Shown: one piece after another, positions 35,723 through 49,256 of the stretch | Position numbering within the stretch: the stretch's first letter is position 1 | Layout of the letters: every line of letters begins with the position of its first letter | NCBI RefSeq assembly: GCF_902652985.1 | Contig: NC_047022.1 | Span: 16,430,001 to 16,494,000 of the forward strand | Source: Pecten maximus | Taxonomy: Eukaryota | Reading direction: 5' to 3' | Length of the DNA: 64,000 nt | Made by a program: the position numbers and the translations under genes | The notes under the pieces: generated by a model | The model's input: the letters and a program-made list of their open reading frames with translations, nothing else | The model's database searches: none | Told to the model about the DNA's origin: nothing

Positions 35723-38700
35723 CTAAGATCCCTTCAATGATGTCATGCCCGCTCTCATGATCTCGTCCACCAGTAGAAGGTTGGTTGCTATCACAGTGCT
35801 GAAAATCAAAACAATACATTGATGAAACAAAGGACTGGACTTATGATAGACACATATTGATAGTTTAAATAGGTGAACAATTTCTTAGGGATTTTTTTTA
35901 ATGATAACCAAACCATTATTTCATCTTATAAGTGTTGTTGTAACCTTTTCAGAAACTTTTTTCAAATCATCAAAATTCGGAAAAAAAGTTAGTCTTTGAA
36001 AGCTAACAATGAAATATCTTAAACCGCTTTCTTTTCTTACCAGGAATGGAGGAGTTGTTTCTTCACCCTATAGTTGTCTACAATACCAGAATCAATCGGT
36101 ATCAAGGCTTCACCTGTAAAGAGGGAATTCATCAATGTCAGGTACATCCCATAACTTAAAGACAGATCATGTATAATTACTATATATTCAAAAACAAGAT
36201 TTGCATTCGTTCTTCATTTCTGGCAACAATCCTGGTATTGGGTGTCTGACATTTTGAAATAAATCAGTTGTTATTGTTAGTATCATTTCTGAATTCAATT
36301 GGTTTTAAAATTGATTGTTTTGAAGAAAATGCGATATTCCAATCTCTACAAGAAATGTTAACATTATACATCCTAATTTGTAATTTAACTGCTGGTACAT
36401 ATAATTAGTACCTGTTTTGATGTCTAGTCCGACAGCCTGATTGGGGTCGGTGTACTCCTCCTGAAGCTTGACAATAGATTCCTGAGGGTCCAGTCCAGAG
36501 TTTACAGCTAAAACCTTCACAATGATCAGCAAGGCATCGGCAAATGCTTGTACACCTGTTGGAAAAACAATGTACTGCAGATTAAAGGTATGTGTTTGCT
36601 GGGTTTTATCTCCCTGTCTTTTTGAGGCAGGGTCTCTTTGCAGTAGTTGGTGAATACCTCATTGAAAATATACGGGAGAACCATTGCATACCATCCAGAG
36701 CAATTAGGATAAAGTGTTTTGCTCAAAGATACATCAACAACAGCACAGACAGGTCTGTCTCTCAGTTTCTCATGAAACACAAACCAACACGATGGGGAGT
36801 GTCAAACTATACACCTCCGATCTTCACTGGAGATTATGTGACTGGCGCTCTAACAAACTGCGCTTTCACAGCCCCCTAAAGGTGTATATATATATATATA
36901 TGTTATTTTCAACTTCAGATTCTTTCTCTTGCAGATAAAACTTCAGATCATATACAATGGTATACAAGATTGCTATATTGAATATCAACTGATACGATCA
37001 AGTACAAAATGGCCAATGATTTCTAAGTGATGAAATACTCATTTATATTTGAATGGGAAATTTTGTGAATTGGGCAAAATTTGTGAGACTTCAACTCGGG
37101 TAGGCCTGTCATTTTTTCTGACTAATGAATGATCCAAGCATCTTACTCTAAGCAAACACTTTCTTGTCCCAAATGTTAGCACATTTTTAACATGGATGAA
37201 AGGGTCTTGAAATTCTGGAAATAGTTTGTTTTGCAAAAAATTAACACCGACATGCATAGAGGAATATTTTTCCAAAATACTGATTTCAGTATTTATACAG
37301 AAAAAAATCACCCATATAAACAGGTTAAAGAATGAATTAAGCATCCTGCATACAGGTAATAGAAAACAAGATTTACTTTATACTTTAATTTGCAATAAGT
37401 GCAATTAATGTTTAGAAAAATGCTTTCAACAGGAAACACACTGAAATAAGATTACCACTATGAAAACGAATGTGTTTTAACATATGTATGATTCCAATTG
37501 TAGGACTGCTCATCTTTAATATGGTTATCTCCCTTTTTGTAACCTTCAGCACAAGAGACAACCTTTTATCTAGTGAGATGCTCCCTAGCTATACTGTAAT
37601 ATACTTTGACAACTAGATACACTGTATTACCTAAACGTGCTCGTCCCTTCACTTCACTCTTGTATTTCATCAGTTCCTGATAAGCTGCAATCTCAAAGGC
37701 TCCTGCTCCAGGGATAACACAGGCTGTAAGGATAGAAATTAAATACATTATGTATACAAACCATAGAGGCAAAGCAAAAAATACAGAGAATTCAATAATA
37801 ATTTGAAGTATCCAGCCAATGTCTTTCCTGTGTAGCTGCCAGTTGCGGCTATAACATTTTTTACATGACAGTCCTTGCATTGTCCAACACCTACTCATCT
37901 ACAGCTGAATTGACAAGAACACGGGGCCGCGGTGGCCTAGTGGTTAAGGTGTCCGACACTTTAACACTAGCCCTCCACCACTGGGTTGCGAGTTTGAAAT
38001 GTACGTGGGGCAGTTGCCAGGTACTGACCGTAGGCCGGTGGCTTTCCTCCACCTCCAAAACCTGGCACGTCCTTAAATGACCCTGGCTGTTAATAGGACG
38101 TTAAACAAAAACAAACAAACAAGACAAGAACACAGCAGAGTAAAGAATATGTTCAAGGACAACACAGATACAACATGGTACCCATGCATGGACTCAAACT
38201 AGTGACCCTTCAGCCACATAACCATACGTCCTACCAATAGACTTTTGTGCCTCCTACTTCAAATTGTCATTTTCCATTCTAGCCTAAAATATAATTTCTT
38301 CTGTTCACATAGCAACCATAAATGTAATATTTTCTCTCTAGGAAGCTTAGTACCTAAACAAGAAATTTACTCAAATGCATAACTAACCATCTTCAATGGC
38401 ATTCTTGACCGCTCGTAGCCCGTCTCTGACAGCATCCTTGATCTGGGTCAGAGTGTGTTTATTGGGCCCCTTTAGGACCAAAGTCACTGAAGCTGGGTTC
38501 TTGCACTGTTCCACAAAAGTGTATTTGTCTTCTCCCTATTTAAGCAAAAAACCTGGTAATAAGCAACGTAAGGGACAGGCAACCCAATCAAAGATATCAA
38601 TTTATAAAGCGACCTCAGCTTCATCAGTTGTCTTAAAGATGTTTATCGCTGGCAACACTTACTCTGCTTTGCATATAAATATGTATTATCTTTATCTTCT

Positions 38701-41700
38701 GTCAGTTATTGTAAGTGACAGATCACATGATGATTGAGAACAGTGTACTTACCAAGACCTGTTCGTAAACAAGGCCAGCACTTCCCAGGCAATCAGGTGT
38801 CAAGTCTTCCACAGAGTTCATAGCAATACCGCCACAGGCCAGGGAAAGTCTGTAACAATATCAAATGTGTAAAGGGTAATCAGAAAGTATAGATTTAGGA
38901 AAGTCTGTACAAATATATATGTAAAACTAAGGTATTCCAAAAATAAGGTTAAGTTCTGAAAACACTGCAAGGGATATTCCTGAATTAACCACAGGTATTT
39001 TTTCTTTAAATGTGAAAACTGATTTATACACTCTGTACATAATTATTTATTTTGTTATCTCCACTATCAAAAACATGCCCAATTTACTAATAATTCGTTA
39101 TACACTGATCAAATATTATTGAGAATCACATGAATACTTTATGAAACATTTAATTCATCACATCTGATGTTACTGTTTCTCTGAACAGGAAGTATATTCA
39201 TTTTTTTTCATCTCCAAAACCTCACCGTTCCATATTCCTCCTCTTTGCTCTTCTAAGTCCAACAATTCCCTCCTTAGCCATCATGTCCAAAGACAAAGGA
39301 TCAATACCCTGAAAACAGGAAATTAACACTTTAAAAACTGATTTGTAGTATTGTGTAGAAGAGTCAATACCATTGTAGGTGCCTTTCACCTGGATATATA
39401 TCATGATGGTATGTAGGGGGTTGATGAATAAGGTAATTTATATAAGCTTGAATCAGAAGAACCAATCACCACTGGCTCGAGACCGACACTTATAATAATG
39501 TATTTGGTAGTATTTCTACCGGTTTCTCCTAAAGTACTATGCATATAGAACAGCTGACTGCTGTAGTAGAGTCAACACTGTTGTAAGTATGGTGGATCAA
39601 TGGATCCTTCACCTTTCACCTGAGTATATGATGGTATGCAGGGTGTTGATGAATTAGGGTAATTTATATGTCTTAATCATAAGAATCAATAGCAATTGGC
39701 TGGAGGAAGGTACTGAAGGTATTTCTACTGGTTTCTTCCAAAGTATTGGGCTTCTCCAGGATTTATTGCAGTTGTCAAAATTTACTTTTTTCATCACCAG
39801 CAATTCAATGCCGAGTGTCTAAAATTTTGATAATAGCAAACTTTATAGCAGTGTTTACATTAATTCTAAAACAAAGTAAACATCAGTAGAGAAAATATAA
39901 GAAACTCATCACTTATCAGAAAGATTTCATTCCTCTTAAAGTCATAATTTCTAATGTCGGTATCTATTCCACTCATATTTTCACTATCTGTGCTCGTGTA
40001 TCACATTTATAAAACAGATTGTCGGGGAAAACGAACTAGCGAAAATTTGCAAGTAGACAAAATTTGTCACCAAATGACAGAGGAGTTCTATAATTTTATA
40101 AACCCCTATTAAGACTTCTTAGTACAACATTGAAAGATAAATGAATATTGACATTTTTATTATTTGGGCTTTACTGTACCTCCCACTCTATATTTCGACA
40201 GTTAGAATTTATTTTTACCTTCCTGGCTTCACTATGAATGTTCACTATTTGGACCCTTATCAGTATAAACTAACAAGCCCTAAAAAGACCACAAAGTCAT
40301 GACATAATTATTTTAATAGCATATACAGTGTATATTGCTAATTCATAGTTAACTATGCTATTTACTTATGTCTTTTGAGTGTTTTTCTATGCTTTGATTT
40401 ACGATAGAGTATTTTTTTTCACAGCCCATCAACATTTTGAGTCATTTAGGGCCAATTATGACAGAAAATAGGAAATAAACAATTTTAACTGAAAATGAAC
40501 CGTTAGATTTTGCTGTATTAATTACTGTTTTTTGTACTTATGTAGAAAATATACCAACCTTCTGGTTGATAACGATGAACCCACAGTTGTTTCCTGCACA
40601 GACTTGTTTTTTCAGAGCAATGATCTTGCGGACTCTTTCATCAATGAATTCCCTCTCTGCCTTCACCAACTTCTCACGCTCTTCAGCAGTCTTATAGAAG
40701 AATGTTGAGTTCACTTCACTAGAGACAGAATAAAGATTCACATCTTATTACCAATTACATAATCGGTTATTTTTGATGAAAGGATTAATTTCTCTAGGAC
40801 AGCTGCAGTTTCTAGAATTCATGTGTTTTTTTTTCTCATTACAATTGATATCTCAAGACATTTTATATCATAAGAGATACATGGGGCCTTGCCACCATTG
40901 CATTATCTTCATTGATGGTATGTAATTATTTCTTTTGATTATACAGGAAATAGTAATGGTGATTTTGACTTTAGAACAAGAAATTATACTATAAAAAGAA
41001 ATGTTGATCTTGACTTTGGAACAAGCAATTACATCCTAAAAAGAAATGGGGATTTTGAATTTGGAAACTTGGACTGTAAGCAGAAAAGCTTAAACTAACC
41101 CAGATTTGACCTTGATTTGTATGATGGGTGATGTCTATGAACCAGAAGATGCTTATTTTTTAGTAAAACCTTGTCTTGCACTTTGTCAAGAGTTTCCACA
41201 CTAACTTAAATTTTGTTTGTATTTCCTCCTTGTTTTATACTAGAGTTTTAATTACAGTTTAGTCAGTATTCTCTGTAATGTTTTAACACTGTCTGAAAAA
41301 ACACAACCTTCATCCTATGTATAGAGCCTAATCAAGATCTGTGAAGAAATGACATCAACTTTCAATTTTATACTCACGTTTTTTCATACTCTAGTGACAC
41401 GTTACATGTCAGTATGAAACAATCCTCTGAGCGCTTCTTCATGTCGGGATGACGGGCACCGTGGTCCATTACAATACCTCGCACCAAACTGAAAGCGTGA
41501 AATACCACAAATACATTCTCAAACTTTCAATCTTACTTTTCAAGACAAGATCAATTTTAATGATTTTAATCAAATAGGTAAACCAGGTACTAAATTATTT
41601 TCTAAAAGGTACAATCATTGATTAGCAGGACCTTGTTATAGCACCTGTCTGCTTATCGCGATGAGTAGATTTTGTTGACAAAGACTTTATGATCACTTTT

Positions 41701-44700
41701 GCTGGGGTCTGATTACTCATATAATGATTTTTTCTGCTTCTTTTTTAGGATTTGAATGGAACACTACAAATCCAATGGAAAGTGACCGATATACAGTGAC
41801 CTTCCACCAAGATGATAATTGCTTATTCTAGTACCATAGTTATTAGTTCGGCACAAAGTTTATAGTCTGAATTTCCCGTCATATCAAATTTTGTAACAAT
41901 ACATTAAATCACCATGAATGTTTCTGCCACTTGACAACCCGAAAGAGAGTTTAGTGAAGATCACATCAGCAGTTCGCGAGTTTAGCTAGTTACATTGCAT
42001 CGGGACGGGATGGACATAGGTAACACTATATGCCCCTCCATTTCATCAATACAAAGACTACATTTCAAGGGATAACACTGAATATTTCAATCATCTTTAT
42101 CAAACTCTGATTATAAGAAAAACAAATTATTTTGATTTTTTTTTTTACATTTCCCCAAGGATTTCCTTATAAATGGGTTCAATTGTTTATATACATAATT
42201 CTAGAATCTTACTTAGTGTCCATGTCAGTCTTGTGTTGCATCTCCATAATCTCAACCATGTGCAAGTCGATAGCTTGGTTGGGTTTCTGTATGGCCAAAA
42301 CCGCATCCACAACATGCTACAAATATCAATAAGTTTGTTGAGTTCAATGAGTGTCTGTTTAAAAACTATACTGGTAGCTATCCAGGGGTGATACAATAAT
42401 GCTTTGTTGCACCCAAAAAGACAGGATACACATACAATCTCTACAAGAAGGAAATAAAGAAAGTCTGTCTGTCTGTCAAAATATGAACTTTTTCCATTAT
42501 TTCTCATCTTTTCTTTTATCTTTTGGAATGACCAAATCTGACACAATCCAGATTTTAACAGGTACAAGTTAACTAAATGTACAAAGAACAAGGATCCATG
42601 AAACAATCCCTGAAGTATCTATTTCAGTTGTCTTTGTGGTTATTCAAATTCAGATGTAACAGGACAAGTGTTTCAGTGTTTTGTGATCAGAGTAGATTTA
42701 ACAGGACAAGTTTTTCCGTGTTTTGTGATCAGTAGATGTAACAGGACAAGTGTTTCTGTGTTTTGTGATCAGTAGATGTAACAGGACAAGTGTTTCCATG
42801 TTTTGTGATCAGTAGATGTAACAGGACAAGTGTTTCCATGTTTTGTGATCAGTAGATGTAACAGGACAAGTGTTTCTGTGTTTTGTGATCAGTAGATGTA
42901 ACAGGACAAGTGTTTCTGTGTTTTGTGATCAGTAGATGTTACAGGACGTGTTTTGTGATCAGTAGATGTAACAGGACAAGTGTTTCAGTGTTTTGTGATC
43001 AGTAGATGTAACAGGACAAGTGTTTCAGTGTTTTGTGATCAGTAGATGTAACCGGACAAGTGTTTCAGTGTTTTGTGATCAGAGTAGATGTAACAGGACA
43101 AGTGTTTCAGTGTTTTGTGATCAGAAGATGCAACAGGACAAGTGTTTCAGTGTTTTGTGATCAGTAGATGTAACAGGACAAGTGTTTCTGTGTTTTGTGA
43201 TCAGAGTAGATGTAACAGGACAAGTGTTTCTGTGTTTTGTGATCAGTAAATGTAACAGGACAAGTGTTTCAGTGTTTTGTGATCAGTAGATGTAACAGGA
43301 CAAGTGTTTCAGTGTTTTGTGATCAGTAGATGTAACAGGACAAGTGTTTCAGTGTTTTGTGATCAGTAGATGTAACAGGACAAGTGTTTCTGTGTTTTGT
43401 GATCAGTAGATGTTACAGGACGTGTTTTGTGATCAGTAGATGTAACAGGACAAGTGTTTCAGTGTTTTGTGATCAGTAGATGTAACAGGACAAGTGTTTC
43501 TGTGTTTTGTGATCAGAGTAGATGTAACAGGACAAGTGTTTCTGTGTTTTGTGATCAGTAGATGTAACAGGACAAGTGTTTCAGTGTTTTGTGATCAGAG
43601 TAGATGTAACAGGACAAGTGTTTCAGTGTTTTGTGATCAGTAGATGTAACAGGACAAGTGTTTCTGTGTTTTGTGATCAGTAGATGTAACAGGACAAGTG
43701 TTTCAGTGTTTTGTGATCAGTAGATGTAACAGGACAAGTGTTTCCGTGTTTTGTGATCAGAGTAGATGTAACAGGACAAGTGTTTCAGTGTTTTGTGATC
43801 AGAGTAGATGTAACAGGACAAGTGTTTCCATGTTTTGTGATCAGAGTAGATGTAACAGGACAAGTGTTTCAGTGTTTTGTGATCAGTAGATGTAACAGGA
43901 CAAGTGTTTCAGTGTTTTGTGATCAGTGGATGTAACAGGACAAGTGTTTCCGTGTTTTGTGATCAGTAGATGTAACAGGACAAGTGTTTCAGTGTTTTGT
44001 GATCAGAGTAGATGTAACAGGACAAGTGTTTCCATGTTTTGTGATCAGAGTAGATGTAACAGGACAAGTGTTTCAGTGTTTTGTGATCAGTAGATGTAAC
44101 AGGACAAGTGTTTCAGTGTTTTGTGATCAGAGTAGATGTAACAGGACAAGTGTTTCAGTGTTTTATGATCAGTAGATGTAACAGGACAAGTGTTTCCGTG
44201 TTTTGTGATCAGTAGATGTAACAGGACAAGTGTTTCAGTGTTTTGTGATCAGTAGATGTAACAGGACAAGTGTTGCAGTTTTTTGTGATCAGTAGATGTA
44301 ACAGGACAAGTGTTTCCGTGTTTTGTGATCAGTAGATGTAACAGGACAAGTGTTTCCGTGTTTTGTGATCAGTAGATGTAACAGGACAAGTGTTTCAGTG
44401 TTTTGTGATCAGTAGATGTAACAGGACAAGTGTTTCAGTGTTTTGTGATCAGAGTAGATGTAACAGGACAAGTGTTTCAGTGTTTTGTGATCAGAGTAGA
44501 TGTAACAGGACAAGTGTTTCAGTTAACCTTACCTCTGTGAGAAGGTCAGCGAGGTCATTGTACACCTTGGTACGGAGTGAGGTTCTTGCCACCTGGATCA
44601 AGGTATCACGATCTACTTCACGCTTAACCTTGACATCATCCAGGACCTAAAACCAATATTACAGTGAAACTTAATACAACATAAAAAGCACAGGAGATGT

Positions 44701-47700
44701 TGAACAGTTTTAAATGAATATTTCTGTTGGGTAAAAAGTTGAGAACTGGTACAATTTGTTCAGTATACACACCTGTAGAGCCTTGTTCCTTGCTAACTCA
44801 AAACCCTCTGCAATTATCCTTGGGTGAAGTCCCTAGAGAAGTAGCAAGAAAAGCATTTAAATTAAAACATTTCTCTACCAGTATTTATTTTTTCACAAAT
44901 ATTCTTTTTTCAAATATCTGTAACAATGGAAAATTTTAAGTTGAAAAATATACAATAAGCAATGGGATTGGATTAAAGTGAGTCTCTAGTCTAAAACTCA
45001 TGATGAATTAGCACATACCTCAGAAACATAAAGATCTGCCTGTTTCAATAGTTCTCCAATGATCAGTACATTAGATGTTGTTCCGTCACCAGTGATGTCA
45101 TCCTGAGCAGTGGCTACTCGAGCTATCAAGGAGGCTGTAGGGTGCTGGATTTGCTGTTAAAGGAACCATAAATTTGTACAATATACTTATTTTAACTCTA
45201 AAATATACTTCAAATCCATCTTTTGACTCTCTAAAATGTACCTTTGAAAGGAGAGATTTCATAATCAATATTTCAGTTATAATATGACTTCCACAACGGC
45301 TCTCTAAAATATACTTTGAATTCTTTATAAACTTTTAAAACTGCTGTCAGAGATACAGGCTATTAATCGCCCATTATTGATTATATGGCTTGAGGTGGAG
45401 TACTTGTCCCACTATGTTAACAAGTTGGGGTTACATAGAACAGTATATCGGAATAGCTTTTGGGAAATATCATTAATTGACAGCATAAAAAATTCTGAAT
45501 AAAAAGAATATAGTTAACCAGTATGTAAAAGTATGATTGTGAAAGAACTGAGAAAAACACATTCCTGCCAAGTGCCCTGACAGTAACTGAACTCAGATCT
45601 ACGGCATGATAATCAAAGGCTCTACCTCCTGAGCCAGAGAAGCATGCAGAGTGACAGAGACATCATCTAACACTACCTACAAGCCACACTGACCTGTTCC
45701 CTTTACACTACTCCCCCCGTTTTTCTTGAGAGTTCCTAAATCTCAACCCTAGACTCTCAATACCACCATCATGGGATTTTAGTAGCAGGGATTGACACTA
45801 AAAGAAGCCAAGTTGTCTGTCAAATAAATGATGCTTAGCTTCAGTTTTTCTCATTTACTTTTATTTTCCAAAACGTTTTAGAAAACTCCATGGTGTAATC
45901 AAGCTCTAATAGGTTATGCTCAAAATGAACCAGAATGCAAGAAACTGTGTAGAATTATATTTTTCCTTGGGTTGGGGTTTCAAGGGACATTCCCCTCCCT
46001 GATCCCCCAAGAGGGGCTATATCTACATGTTACACTGGAACATAAGACAATCTGGACTGCTTCATTTCAAAACCTGGCTGCCCAGTTGTCTCAAGGGGGT
46101 GGAGTAAATGACCCCCCCCCCCCCCCCCCCCCCCCCCCGTCGGTGTGATAATATATGGCACTACCACCTATGCCAAAGAAACATGATCCATCAGCTGAGT
46201 GACAGAGACCATGATATATTCACAACTATGTACAAGTCACATCAACCCATTCCTTTACATAATGTTTACTTAGAATTTCTTTTTACATTAGTACTTGACT
46301 TGTGTAGAGTGTTTTTTTTAGTTTCTTATATTTGTATCTGTCAATGACATTTTTTTTTTATCAAACTGTGTGACTTCTTTACCATTTCATGGAGAAGAAC
46401 ATTTCCATCCTTGGTTAGTTTGATATCACCTGACCCAGACACCAGCCTGAAAATTGAAAGCATATCTATATTACACACATTTGCATTTACTGGCAATCAG
46501 AATGAAAGAGAGTAATAAATTCAAATAATTCATAAAGCCTTAAATAGTATCCTAATACAGAGCTTTAATGAGTATACATGTATGATTTCCCACGCCTCCA
46601 ATTTCCCCAATTACGCTCAAGAGCTGTACACAAATTTATATATTTCTTTCTATTATCCAGTAACTAGACTAACTGCATGTTAGTGATGGGAATCCGTTTT
46701 GGTAACTCTTACTTTCAGAATCAATAATTGGAAAATCAAAATGGAGCCATTATCGATTACAATCAATTTTCTTAATTTAGCACAGAATTTCCCTTTTGTA
46801 GAAATTTAATATCTATGTTCATCTCAAGTTCATTCATTGCACATCTTGGCCTTACTCCAACAATGTTAGAGGTTTTACACGGCAAGACACTTTTGACACG
46901 CGCCGTGTAACCTGTAACTGCCCATACCTGATTTTCCCGATGCTGACGATGAAATTTTCAAAGTTCGTATTTTGAAAAAATATAGCGCGTCAACTTACAT
47001 TTAAATGACCAACAGTGTCAAATATATATTCCTTTCCATAATCCTATGATTAAATGAGAAGAATTTCATAGCCAACACACAAATTATGAAGTTTTCTTCT
47101 TCCGAAGCGAAGCAGAGCCCAAGCAGACCATACTGCCGGTAGTGAAAGTAGAAATACCACGTGATTTGCCGGTTAATACAAAAATGGATTACAAGCTATG
47201 TCCTACAAGCTGAATACAACAAAATCTGTATCATTTTGTTCCGTTTGAAATACCCAAGACTATTTTGTATTAACTTTTAGGCAGCCATTTTTAAAACTGG
47301 CTACAACGACATGGACATGATTTTGTGTGTTCTATACCGGATTATACTATATATTTGTGTCTGTGACATACATATGGGATATATATTGCATAAATGATGC
47401 GTAGACATCGTTGTAATGACCTGTCAACCACTTAAGTGTTTTTTTCAAACATATTTCGTTGCTCCTGAAATCCAGGCGCAAGCTGCATCAAAGAATATAA
47501 GTGCTTCGGAAATAAGAGGTCGCAGTCGGCAAAATCATATCCGATAGAAAAAGAGCCGACCAGCGGCCACTTATGTTATAGGAGTAGTCTTGGCCTTTGC
47601 TATCATATTAAATATCTTTAATTCTGAACACAAAGCATTTAACGGTTGTTAATATGTTTAAGTCTCCTTAATGCTTGTAAACGACCAATAAATATATCGG

Positions 47701-48366
47701 TAAAATACAAAAACAACTACTTCTCTGTTCGATAACATTACAAAAATATGCGAAGATTAACGAACAATTTCAGAATTTTCGGATTAATCATCTTTTCAAA
47801 ATTAATCGTCATCGATGATCGGTATTACTTTTTCATACTAATTTCATAACATCGGCTCACCACTACTGCATGTAATAAGATCCTCTTCATCGGATTCGAA
47901 ATCATACAATACATGTTACTATGTAATATTAAAAAAATATCAAAAAATGTGGTAGAAACAGTTATATTAATTTGTAATGTCAACAAATCAATGCAAAAAC
48001 GGGGTTTCTAATACACAACCTAAAATATTATACAACTTTGGAGTAAAGCTTATGATATAATTTATTTTCAACAGAGTAAAAATATATCCGATAGCAACCC
48101 CGCTTGTCTTTCAAAACAATTTAACATGTTATGTCCCGACATGTTGTTAAGCTCAAGCATGAATCCCACGTGTTCCAGAAACTTCTGTGGAAGGCTCTCA
48201 AGTTTTATTTTTCCTCGGAATATACTTACATTTTGAGTGTGCCTTTTGGACCAAGATTTGTTTTAAGCACATCCTGAAGCCCTTTAGCTGCACTAATGTT
48301 CACTGCTAAGGCCTGGGCGGCCCTGGCAACTTCAGCCTTGGGATTCAGCGACTTGATGGCAGACAT
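35723..48366 (-). CDS. CCT6: T-complex protein 1 subunit zeta (CCT6), 532 aa, 15 exons
   Basis: Exons 48366-48230, 46446-46383, 45153-45019, 44832-44773, 44646-44533, 42316-42213, 41488-41378, 40718-40559, 39308-39226, 38849-38753, 38535-38388, 37723-37631, 36555-36412, 36113-36041, 35798-35723 (1599 nt). [61 protein letters not shown]. Confidence 0.97.
36650..36875 (-). mobile_element. Degraded CORE-type SINE in a CCT6 intron
   Basis: Reverse complement reads GTTGATGTATCTTTGAGCAAAACACTTTATCCTAATTGCTCTGG, a CORE-like motif, with an A-box-like GCGCAGTTTGTTAGAGCGCC upstream. Confidence 0.55.
37923..38122 (+). mobile_element. tRNA-derived V-type SINE with 11-bp TSD (internal deletion in the V core)
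   Basis: GGGGCCGCGGTGGCCTAGTGGTTAAG...TAATAGGACGTTAAAC(AAAC)n; TSD GACAAGAACAC at 37912-22 and 38123-33. Confidence 0.9.
42651..44523. repeat. 40/42-bp minisatellite (~46 copies) filling most of CCT6 intron 5
   Basis: Unit AGTAGATGTAACAGGACAAGTGTTTCAGTGTTTTGTGATC, with +AG (42 bp) variants and two 30-bp deletion variants. The array ends ~9 bp from the exon 5 donor. Confidence 0.95.
46681..47865. mobile_element. Non-autonomous hAT-type DNA transposon in CCT6 intron 1
   Basis: Termini TAGTGATGGG ... CTCACCACTA flanked by a perfect 8-bp TSD CTGCATGT (46673-80 and 47866-73). Confidence 0.8.
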
Positions 48367-48420
48367 GTTGAATGCAGGAATGCCGAAATCTCGCGTTTCA
48401 ACCGGAAGTGTGCGAGATTA
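48367..48420 (-). promoter_or_regulatory. CCT6 proximal promoter/5'UTR with an ETS-type ACCGGAAGTG site
   Basis: ACCGGAAGTG at 48401-48410, flanked by inverted ATCTCGC/GCGAGAT, 35 bp upstream of the ATG; typical housekeeping promoter motif. Confidence 0.5.
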
Positions 48421-49256
48421 TGATCATTGGGGGACCATTCATTTTTTTTTTCTATAATTCTATAACCAACTTTATTCGACGCTCAGAAGGCACATGATTT
48501 CAAAAAAAATTAAATTTAAATTTAGATTTCCTCTCATCAGAAATTGTTTCTACCAACATGTACAAAACACCAGTTCCTACCGTTATGTGTGTATAATTTC
48601 TTTCCTTTTTTGCACTGCGAGTCATCTAAGACGTTTCAATATAACAGTTAAGCTTAGAGATCGTTTCGCCACACACAATCACATCCCAGATTCGATTCAT
48701 TTCGCCCAAAAACTTTAATCAAACACCCTAAAAATTCCATTCCGCTCTATATGTTACATCACCCCAAAAGTTATACAATGTACGTGTATTGCGGCTCATT
48801 ACCTGCTATTTTTATAATCACAAACTGTTTCCTCAAGACTTTTTTGTCTTGTTAGGCTAGATCTCTAATACTTCAAAAGTTCAGGAATTTTTGAAAAATT
48901 ACTATTACAAAATTACCACAGAATTGAAACCTGCCAAGCAATCTGATTATCATATTATATTGAGTTTATGCCTCTATATTTTTTCTTTACATATAAACAT
49001 TTTACCATAATAAATTAGATCTACCGTGTTGATAATTTTGCGCTGAACGCAAGTCATTGTTTCCTCATGCTGAGAACGAGAACTTGGTGGCTTTATTGTG
49101 AGGTACCAGAATATAAAAAAGTAGGCGCTCCATCCCTAGCAGTGTTGTTGAGTCTGCGATGCCATCCCTCCAATCATTGTTGGTCAGTACAAATGGACAC
49201 TCAAAACACATTCCATTTCCTGTTACGGCCGTATAAAAGTGTAACATTTAGTACTA

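Noticed and set aside
38560-38740. CTGATGA motif in a CCT6 intron as hammerhead ribozyme or snoRNA
   Set aside because: No appropriately placed GAAA core with stems, and no properly spaced C/D pair.
42651-44523. CRISPR-like appearance of regular ~40-bp repeats (also 8241-8384 and 63380-63795)
   Set aside because: Units are head-to-tail with no unique spacers, there are no cas genes, and the context is eukaryotic intron.
46112-46138. 27-nt poly(C) tract (also G run ~9208-9223 and C run ~59004-59023) as functional G-quadruplexes
   Set aside because: Homopolymer runs are common in such genomes and their lengths are assembly-sensitive; no supporting context.
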